Below, one piece after another: positions 24,360-35,100 of a stretch of 64,000 bases of DNA; the first letter of the stretch is position 1; each line of letters starts with the position of its first letter. A program made the position numbers and the translations under genes. This DNA is from Gnetum montanum (Eukaryota; Plantae; Gnetophyta), in assembly GCA_015680685.1 (NCBI GenBank), contig MNCI01001933.1, forward strand, positions 98,817-162,816. The letters are read 5' to 3'. The notes beneath the pieces were generated by a model that made no database searches, was not told where the DNA came from, and saw only the letters and a list, made by a program, of their open reading frames with translations.

Positions 24360-26196
24360 TCATTTGAGGCCCTCAGTTCTTTTTAAATTTTTGTTTTACA
24401 CATTTTTGTTTTACAACATCGTTTATACTTTTTCACTTCTTTGTGTGTTTGATTACTTTGTTTAATTCGTCACTTAATAAGTGTCTAATGGTGGTATGAA
24501 CTGCATTCCATTGATTGCCAATGTTTGGTTTTTACCCTTAAGTTATGATGTTGATACTAAGGTATGGTTCTTTTGATATAACAGGCAATGAGTCCACATC
24601 ACCCATGCATCCATAAATTTCTATGGTCTCTCTTGGCTTGGAACTATACAGTCCCTCTCTCAATAAGAAGAACTATCAACAAATCGGTGTCTAGGTATTT
24701 CTCAAACTAAGGAAGGACTCAAGGATTGAAAGGGGTGTGACTTCAAGGGGATTTTATGCACTTGTGCTAGCCATTCTCTTGGGTGCTTGGATGTTTTCTT
24801 CTTGAGTTTTCTTACTCTTTCGACGTTGCCGCATTATCGAGAAGCTGAGCAAATAAAAATAATAAGTCTTTGTATGGTGTGGTTCTCACGCGAAAAAAAA
24901 AGAACAGTGAGAATTCAAAGTACACCCCTTAGAAGAAATAATCATTTGGGCTACAAACACTGGTTATGGAACTAAAATAAACATGTTCCCTCTAACTAAG
25001 GCCCTTCTTGCTTCCTACTCTCTCCTCCTTCATTTCGTTGGAATGGTGGTGGCTCTTTGGTGAAGGCATTCTTGTTACTTCAAGTGGATGAATGGGCCGA
25101 CTGTATTAATGCGAAGTCACTGAATGTTGTTTTTTTGAGGCCGGATTTGGAATGGGATCTACTAAGTCACATTAACCATTAACACACAAGGGTTGTACAT
25201 CACCTTATTCTTGAGATTCCATTCCATTCTCTTCTTTCCATCATTCTTTCCCCATTTATCACCTCATTGCCGGTTGTATCAGTAGTCTATATTTTGGTGG
25301 ATGCATTGTTTTCTTTTTGGTAAATTCTTGTGGTTAAGACTTCAACTCTTATCTCCAAATGACATTCCTAGAGCCTACGGACTCTTTGAGTGTGGGATTG
25401 TCAGGGCATTAAGGGCATGCGCCTGCTTTGGGGAGGACCCACTGACATTCCTATTTGGTGCATCTGTTAATTTCTTTCCCTTAAACATTTCCACAATCAC
25501 CATTTATTTTGTTCATCTCCATTTGTGACATCCATTTTATTGACGTGACCATTGTTTCTTTTTCTCCATCCTTCTTATTCCTTATCTTTTTCCATTTTAT
25601 CACTACTGGAGGTTCGCTCTCAGTCATGGGGGTCCTAGTCCAATTTTTTCGATTTTTCTCTCAACTCCTACACCTCAAGTAGTCACCAGTATTATATCTC
25701 TAGATCTGTATCAGCCATATCATAACCCAGCCAATGGACCTTACACCGAAGCAAGGTATCAATTGCATTATGATTCATTTATCCTTGCTAATATCAGACT
25801 GTGTTGTGTGTGTAGATGGCAATCATACAACAAAGGATTGGATCTAGAGGAAACACTTGGAATGGACTGCTGCTGAAGCAATTACGCAAGGAACAAGATT
25901 GATGGCGCACTTATGGATGAACAACGAAATGCGCAATCTTGGCATTGGCAGCAACAAACTTCTTGTTTTCTCTCTCTCTTCTCTTTTCTCTCTCAGCTGC
26001 CAAATAAGGCTGGATGTCAAATATGTATAGTGTTCACTCTTGTTGTCATGAACACTAAATTTTTCCATGTATTGTAATGATGATCCGTTCACATGTCACG
26101 CCATTCACCATTAGTGTCATTCAAGTCAATAATCCCATACCTTCCCAATATTTTGTAAGGAACTTGAGGATGAGTTTTCATTCAATCATGGGGGTA

Positions 26197-26999
26197 TGAT
26201 GGGACGCGATATTGCATAGGCCGCGATATCGTGTCGGCCCCTGCAATATCGCGTACGCGATATCGCAGCCCATCGCCAGTTCTATAAATAAGAGGTGGCT
26301 TTCCCTTGTTTGTCCATCTAGATCTAGACCCTTAGCGAAACTCTGGCAGTTTTACCATTCCAAAGATAGAATAACTTCCATGTGCCCGCAGTAAGAGTCT
26401 CAAAGTGAACGAATCTTTATTCGAGCAAATTGTACCTAAGCACACATTTGTGTACGGAAATAAAGACGAACTTTTTGATAAACCTTGCAGTGCATGGACT
26501 AAGCTAATTAGAAATTAATTAATGTTAAATGTTTAAATGCTTTCTTAGATAATTAATCTCTCTCAACCCTCAACTCTCCTAGTTAAGTGCATTCAGTATG
26601 ACCGCTTCGAGCACGTGTGCTACGCTTGGTAACCCAGTAACGAATAGCGTTTGGTAATCCTAGTAGCGCTATACTGGTTTAGGGTATGTATGGTAAGTGA
26701 GAACGGATACTGATGCTAGGATGATTAAAGCTTAGTTAGTGAAGATTAGTTACTTAGTCTCTTCACCCTTTCCTCTCTTAGCATAGACGATAAAAAGATA
26801 AAAGTTATAAAAATCATATACCTCAGACTTACTTAACCATACAACCGTGACAATACAAGTAAGTCTGGGAAGACAACGATTGATTAACCATAAGTGTTCT
26901 ATAAGACGCGTAAGCACTTAGTCCTTGGAGTTCAACCGGATCGCGCGTGTAACGCTCATATTCGTATGGTTGAGTGTAGGGGTACCTCGCCACTCATCA
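26197..26999 (+). repeat. 3' LTR of copy 3
   Basis: Follows PPT AATCATGGGGGTA; ends CACTCATCA. Confidence 0.95.
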
Positions 27000-27013
27000 C
27001 TTTGATACCAATT

Positions 27014-27516
27014 TGTTAATTTACATATTGATTAAGCAAGATAATAAAGCAACAACAATTAGCAAAAATAGAAATTCAATTATGGAATTGGAAGAAATGC
27101 ATCAAGAACATAAGAAATTATCTTGGGGAAAGCTTATGAAAACTCCAACAATAATGCCAACTCCTAGCAAGCCTTAGAAATCCAAATCTTCTTTTCTTTG
27201 AGACTTACAAAAAGCTTCGATTAAGCTTTCATAAGAGGAAGAGACTCCAACTTATTGATTTGGTGAAGATGTGATGATGCTAAAATCACCCAAGCATCTA
27301 CTTACATAATGTCATGCTTTGAGTAAAAGCCAAATTATGAAGTTATAATCCATAATTAATCATAGCCAAATTAGATGTGAGTGATTACATATTTTTTTGA
27401 CATATTACATACTTTGGCTTTTGTTATTTACAACCAACATGCCAAGAATAATTTACCAACATGGCAACCATTACAACATGAAGGTGTTTCAAACTTAAAA
27501 TTAACAACACACCGCA
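27014..27516 (-). repeat. copia 5' LTR
   Basis: Direct repeat of 16587-17120; adjacent to the Met PBS; right boundary approximate. Confidence 0.85.
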
Positions 27517-28948
27517 TAGCAGTATAAACTAAACTGAAATTGAAGCTACAAAGAATCATTAACAACTCACCTCTAAAAGCCATTAAGACGGAGTCTACAA
27601 ATGAATTTAAAGAAAAGTAAGTTGATGGAACTCACAATGCTAGAAATTAGTAAAGCAAAGTATTTATCCATTCCTTTTTATAACTATGTATTTTTGGCCA
27701 AGAGGCCACCTACCAATTGCATGGACTTTGGCACCAAAAATAAATAATTATCATAATGGTGGGTTAAGAGATGAATTTTTTCACAGGAAGGTACTAGCTT
27801 TATTGTAGAAAATAAATAATTATTATCATAGCAAAGGTAAGAAATAACTTTTTCATAACAATTATTATAGATAAGTATTGGTTGAACTTTGTCACTGGAA
27901 AATAGATAATTATTAGAAGCTTACAAATAAGAGATGAGCCTGAGCCTTTTCATAAAAATCATTATAAGAAGACATTTGGTTTTAATTTTTTTAACATGAA
28001 AGGAAATTATCAGTAAATCAATTCAAAGATTTCATTAATTAAAAAAAAATTTCCTCACCCAAATAATAGATATTTTGTGCGTCACGGAATCAATATGATT
28101 TGTTATGCTATGCTACTTCAATCGCCAAATGACGCTATGATGTCAAAGAGTGGGCAGCCGCTGTCCCTATGGCCAATTATCACAACGGTCTTTGTATAAA
28201 TGTCTCTGCATTTTAAGTCCGCCATTATCATTCCATTTCAAAGCAGATGTCACATCACCTTTTCCCATGAATTGACAGGATGACCACGTACAACTTTAGC
28301 AGGATTTGATGATCCCATACATGTTCTGTTTTTCTTTTAATACGAAACCGACTGTTTCTCCTTCAAGATAACTGGATTTCCACCCGCGCACAAAGTTACC
28401 GATTAAAATGATAGTTCATGCAATTGCCATGTTTTCATCCACCTTCCAAATTGCCAGCACCCCTGCACGAGGGTTCCCTTATATTTGTTTCAAAATCTTT
28501 TTATCGATTTTCTCCGTCGTTTCTATCAGTCAATGCTTCCTTTACTGACACGATTTCTTAGTTTCAAAACTCTTCTGTGAACCAAAGAATATAGCCATAT
28601 AGGCAAGGTTCGCATCCAATTATTCGCGTGCACTGATTAACATGCAATTATTGCTCGAAATAATGAACTAACTTCATGCATAATAATTAGCATTTACTGA
28701 GAATAAAAATAATAATGTTCTTACATCGGTCAGGCTCTTTTTCCCGCTGAATAAATCGTAAATTGTGTGCAACGTGCCAAACGCAAAATCAAGCCTGAAA
28801 TATTGGCAATGTAGACATTGCACGGAGATCTCGCCGAGATTTGATCGTTGCAGCCAAAAACTCAGAAGAACTTGCCTGATCCTGCGCAAAATTTAGTTCA
28901 GTTTTGTTAAATTATTGTTCAGCCTGCAACTGTGCAAGGCAGGAAGCA

Positions 28949-29181
28949 ATGGCAGGAATCAGGTGGCCACCAGAGGAAGTGGAGCAGGCGCAGCCGCTGT
29001 CGGCGAGGTTTCAGGTGGCATCGGCACAGGCGGGGGATTTGATCTCGGACGACGATCGGTCCGTAGCGGCAGACTCATGGTCGATCAAGAGCGAGTATGG
29101 CAGCACGCTTGATGACGACCAACGCCAGGCGGATGCTGCCGAAGCTCTTTCTGTCGCCAGTCTTCGGGCAACAGATTACAG
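28949..29181 (+). CDS. EEF1AKMT2: EFM4 homologue exon 1
   Basis: ATG at 28949; MAGIRWPPEE..RATDY; donor AG|GTTCTG. Confidence 0.92.
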
Positions 29182-32100
29182 GTTCTGTGTTAATCCCTGT
29201 CAGTTTGTCGTATTTTACGTTATTGATTTCATTTTCCCGTTGACTCGCCTGTCTAGGGTTGCCGCAGGCGTGGTTGGCGTCTACTGGAAATATATAATGG
29301 AACTTTCGTGCCGGAATGAAAGTTTCGGTCATTTCGTTTAAGCTGGAAAGGTGTTTTTAAGAAGCTTATGGTTTGGCTTGCATTTTCCCCTTGTGTCATT
29401 AAATGCATTGCGTTGATTACGAACGCCATTTCCAAAGATGTGTTTGATCGTTGAATTTATGAATGGTTTATTAAATTTCGAGAGCTGTGTTGTTTACCTG
29501 AGCGAGCCTTGTTTTACGGGTCAAAAGGAAGGATATTGTGTGGTTTGACATATGGTAATGTTTAATGTTGAACGGGTCTGGAATGCTTTGTATTTGTAAA
29601 AGATCTACCTACATAGAAGATGATAAAAAAAAAACAAAAACAAAAAACAAAAAAAAAATCTTTTGTTCTTGGCACACAATAACATTCATGCCTGCATGAA
29701 GCTTCCTGACTTTTATGCGATATTTGAGATGAAAAATCTGCTGATCATTATGTGGTATTTGAGAGAACGCTCTTCATAATTTTTTGGTTAAGCATAAAAA
29801 GGACAGATGGGGAAAGGCTAGTTTATTAAGGGGCATTTGGTTTTTTCTTTAAGAATTTTCTTAGTGAATAGCAGGGTGAAGCTAAAATGTTGGATACTGA
29901 TGATTTAATATTTTCACGTATTAATTTTATGTTAGGTTTAAGTTGATGCTTTGTTTATTTTATCTTCATAGATTTTCTTTTTGTAGCAGTTCAGATAAGG
30001 AAGATCAAGATAACGAGGTGGAACCATCTGCTCTGGGACTTCAAAGTCATTGGGATGCAACCTATGCAGATGAATTGGCAAACTTTCACGAACATGGTCA
30101 TGCAGGCGAAATATGGTAAGTGTTCTGCCTTTTCAAACCTTAGCTTCACACTTGCTAACAAATAACCTGATATTTGGATCATTTCTAAACTTTCCCCACC
30201 AACAAACAAATATGAAAGTTAATTGCAATTAAAAAGATTGCACCATCTTACAAGATTGCAGACATGACATGGATTGTGTATAAAACTGTATTACCTGATT
30301 TGAGTTTCATGGTTGAATATGCACACCACCGCACGTGGTAGTAATCACACATGGAAGTACACATGGTCATAATCACAATTTAAGGTGTTCCAGTTTAATG
30401 ACATTCAAAATTTTTATAATTAATTTCAAGAAAAGCATGATTGGTTAACATAAATGCAAGTATTGCAAATATCTTACTATTAAATTTTTATAAACATATC
30501 CTTTTATCATGGATTTGTTAATGTAATTACACTGCCCATAATGAAACTGAAACTGAAATTTTATTACATCTGTAGACCCTCTGGATCTATTGGACAGTAG
30601 AAATATACATGCTATAGGTTTTGAAAATGTCATTAAGAGAATTACATAATCTATTTTAATGCTTGCCTCTATGCCATTGCAAACTTTATGCTGATCACTG
30701 TTTATTTATATACATATTGTGAATGCTAACTTCTGTTTTCCCATCGTATATTTCAGGTTTGGGACTGAAGTGATGGATACTGTTGTATTATGGACCATTA
30801 AACTGTGCCTTAGCCTTAATGAAGGAAAAAATGTGGAACAGTTGAATCCAAATAATGTTAAAATTGATGAATCAAACTCAGATGCGACTAGAAAAGATCT
30901 TACAAGTTGGAGTGTTCTTGATGTTGGAACAGGAAATGGACTGTATTTGCAAGCACTTGCAAAACATGGGTATTGATTTTTTAGATTCAACTGAACATTT
31001 CGATAAATGCTGATGCTGTTCAATACTCTTATTTTAACCTTTTTTGTTTTCCTGTTTTGAATTAAAATGTGTTGGAATCCTTTAAAGGTGTCCCACATTA
31101 GCATACAAATTCAGTGTTTAGTACTAATGCATATACACTGATAATGATTCATTGTTGATTCAGATTTTCTGATTTGACTGGTACCGACTACAGTGAGGCA
31201 GCAGTGGAATTGGCTAGAAATTTGGCTGCTCGGGACAGTAGCACAAATATAAATTTTCTGGTAATAGCTTTGTATGTGTGTAGGTGTTCATTTTTCCCCT
31301 TATGTGTTAGTTGCAACTTTTACACCATTGTCTATCTTTTGTTAAAATGCCTTTTTAGGGACATGTTTATCAAAGTGGCACTTCCGATTTTGTTCCAAGC
31401 TTTCATTATAAGATAAATGCTGACAGTCAGCTTTCTTATTTTCATTAATTGTAGCTGTTCACTTCCTATCCAGATCAGATATTTCTCCATCAAATGCAAC
31501 TTGTTTCCATTGCCAGTTTTAAATCTTTACAACATTATATCTCTTTTAGACACTTTAATTAGTGCTTTGCTGATCATTGTGTAATTTTGGTTTTTGTGTT
31601 GGCATCAGGTTGATGACATTTTGGAGTCTAAATTACATCGACAATTTAAACTTGTCAATGACAAAGGAACCTTAGATGCAATTGGACTTCATCCAGATGG
31701 TGTGGTTAAGAGGTATCTTTGCCTATATTAGTTTCAATGCAGAAGAACAACAGATAAGCTTATTAAATAGTGTGATTAGCTTTAGTCAAGTTAAATATGA
31801 AGCTTGAAAATTCATAATGATTTTTAGAAAACCTTGATATGGTCTTGAAGAAATGAAGAACAGACTTTCTCAGATAAACTTCTATAGACTGCTAATTGAT
31901 AAAAGTTGTTTTGTCAAGATGATGGTTAAGGTCTGTTGCTTCATGATTGTTTAATTTTAATAATGATATATTGCAATTGTCAAAATAGTTATAGAACATT
32001 TTTTCTCTCTCTCTTCGTGAGTTCTTTTATTTCCTGATTCATGAATTCTACATGCTTAGATGACCTTAAATATCAAGGTATTTGGAAAAAAGTTAGCTAT

Positions 32101-35100
32101 TTACTCAAAAATGTTGAAGCAACAGAGAATGCCAATTTAAATGGAGCCATTGTAATAGATCCTTAATCATCTTTCTTTCTTTCCTTCTTTCTTTTTTTTG
32201 GCTAATGCTTACGATCTAAAGGAATATTTGGATTTACATAATATCTAAATTTTATCATTGAGAAAATTTTTCACATGCTTGGCAGAAATGTCTACATGGA
32301 CACAACCCATCTCTTAAAACCGTGTTCTCATTATTGGGATTTAACAGAAGCTTGTGTAGCTTACATATAGTAAAACTGGCCTGCCATTTTGAATATTATA
32401 TTGGTGAGTTGGGGGTGGGGGAGCCATAGCATTGGAATCCAAAACAATTTGACTATAAGTATCCCCTATATATATATATAATAATGCTGCAAGTGTGACT
32501 TGAGCTGGCAATCTCTTGCCTGCAAATCCTCGTCAGACAGTGAGCTAACCACTTGAGTCACCTCATATTGGTGAGTTGCAGGGATAGTGTAGCTAGATAA
32601 TGGAATCAGTCAGCTGTAGAGCCATTTTGAATCTGTAATTTTTTTAATAACATATTTTTTATAAATAAGGATAAGCAGTGCTGAGGGGAAAGGAGAAGAC
32701 CAAAGCGTATAGGTGAAATGCAAGTGCAATCAGAAGCCTGCCATTCATTCCTAGCTTAGGATCTCCAACCTTCATCCATAACTCCAAGCTTAAAAGCCAC
32801 ACTCTTTTATTCAAATATATGTCCTTGGTTCCCCAACTGTCTAACAGTGTGTCTTGCGTGTAAAGTCTCACATGTGTCCTTAAATGTTGTAGTTTTAGGT
32901 CTCTGTTCTTTCCATGCCCATAATAAATATCCATAAATGACAAACTACCTTCTATTCACCCTCAGCCATGTTCATATATATTGCATTATTGGCTGTATTG
33001 CCCTCCTTGTCTCATCCTTTTCATCAAGTGTTTATGAAATAGCTTTAGCATCACTAGTTAATGATTTCCATAGTCATTGAAACTTTTAATGATTTCCATA
33101 GTCATTGAAACTTTTAAAGAGCCTATTGCCTAGCTTATTTGTTCATTGCATATGGTTACTTGTAACATTAATTTCCATTTTTGCAAGAAAGCAAAGGAAT
33201 TGATAGTGATACTTGTTTACGGACGACTGGAATTGGTTATCCTATTTACCAACATCATATATGCTTTGGTATATTAGTGAAGCTTAGAGAAATTTTCCAA
33301 AGTGGCCTAATCCTGTTGACAAAGAGTAAAGATACTTGGCAAACACAGAATATGCTGTGCCATCCAACAATCATGGCTTTTGGGATTGTTAGTTAGCTAG
33401 CCCTTGCTAAGGTTTTAAATCCAACAATCAAGGCTTTTAAGATTGCCGGTTAGTGGGGGTCTGTTAAGTTTTTTCTTAACAAATCCTAAGCTACATAATT
33501 TTATCAAGGATAAATTGATTAATCTGTTGAAGCTATACTTTATTGCAGTTGTTAGACATTGAATATTGGAGTTCTCTTACCTTAGCGTTGAAGAGAGGTT
33601 GGAAATCCTAGATTGGTGTTAACATCAAACTCATAAATTCTGCATTTAAAGAAATTAATTATTGCATCAAATTTCTTGGTGAAGCATATTACAGGGGTTG
33701 TGATGGGTAGTTGCTACAATCAGATTTAGATTGCTTTAGACTATCAAGTTAAGACTGCTTTATTTATCCATTAGAAGTGTTTTCCTACCCGTTGTAGGCT
33801 TCAGCTTTATTTCAAAGGATGATGATTGTAGTTTTCATTATTAAATTGGTGACTTATTTACTTATGCTAATTCTTTCAAGGGTGCTTTTGAAAGTGTTGT
33901 GAAGGTACGAAGGTGATGCTATGAGATAAATTTTAAATTAAAATGCCAAAAAATTCATTGCATGGTCACCAAGGATGTTGAGCAATGTTGTTACATCTTT
34001 AAGAAAAGTACAAGAGGATGATCTAGAGAAAGCAGCATCTTGGAAAGTATGAACTTTTCCCAAAATAATTATGGGTTTCTTGAAAGATTTGTTTTTAACC
34101 TTCCATACTAAAACTCCCAAGGATATGAATTTATTTCTGAAGGCATAAAAAGCTTTACTTTCTCCTGCAAATCTTTCTTTGATGCACTTGTCCAATTTGC
34201 AATTATTCACATAGATAAGACCCAAGTATTTAAGGGATTAAGATTTTTACCTCATCATCTCCAAATTTAATCTCATAATTTCCATTTTTAGTACCCCACA
34301 CCATCATTTTACTTTTCTCAGTGTTAACTAAACAAAACTTGTAACACAGCATGCACAGCACTTTCTGCACTTTCTGTTGTAAAAATCAACGTAGCATCAT
34401 CTGCATACAAAAGTAGGTTCACTACATAAGGTCCAACTTTGACAGCATGTCTTTGATGCACTTTGTTCTTCCAATCCTGTAACTTATCAATGAAAAGACC
34501 AAAGAGAGTAGGGGATAATTTACATCCCTGCTTTGCCTCAATTTTACTGTATGTTTTAAACTGTTATTTGACTCAATTTTTTTGAGCTTAATGATAACCT
34601 TGTTATATAATTTTTGAATAGCTGCAAGGTCTGAAGGAGTGCGATGCTGCCATAATTTTTGTCTGATGATTGAGTCATATGCCTTAGAGAAATCAACTAA
34701 GCATATGAAAATCTTATTGTTGGGGTTCTTTGCATATTATATGCAATGCCATTAAGGTGTATTTTGATAAACCTTGGTACAGATTATACATTGATTAGGC
34801 AGCTCCTAACAAATACTTGTTAACAAGTTCACTTCATTTATACCTAAAAACTATTTCTACAATTAATGATGGAGATAATGGCTTTTGTTAATGATTTGGA
34901 AAAGCTGTTAACTTTTTTCTTTGTTTATGCCCCTAGTAATAATCTTTGGCATGATTTTGTCTCAGTTGAATTTTTATCTTCCAAATTTGTCATTTGCATT
35001 AATGTTGAAGTAGAACTGTGTTTCATTAATTGAGATGGATATTTCACTTTTCAATTAATTATTTTTTGTTGTTGGTGTAACATTTTTTAAAAAGAATTTC

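Larger units (their letters stand above)
20221..26999 (+). mobile_element. Complete non-autonomous Athila-like LTR element copy 3 (type A: gag + protease)
   Basis: LTRs 20221-20813 (contains an N gap) and 26197-26999; TSD CTTTA/CTTTG; PBS TGGCGCCATTACTGGGGA at 20815-20832; PPT 26185-26196. Confidence 0.95.
16587..27516 (-). mobile_element. Ty1/copia element (Tnt1/Tork-like), decayed, with copy 3 nested in its PBS
   Basis: LTRs 16587-~17120 and 27014-~27516; Met PBS TGGTATCAAAG (27000-27010, minus); PPT-like tract at 17121-17134; no clear TSD. Confidence 0.88.

Noticed and set aside
28904-29341. 145-aa single-exon ORF
   Set aside because: Starts at a non-ATG codon and reads through into intron 1; the real exon is 28949-29181.
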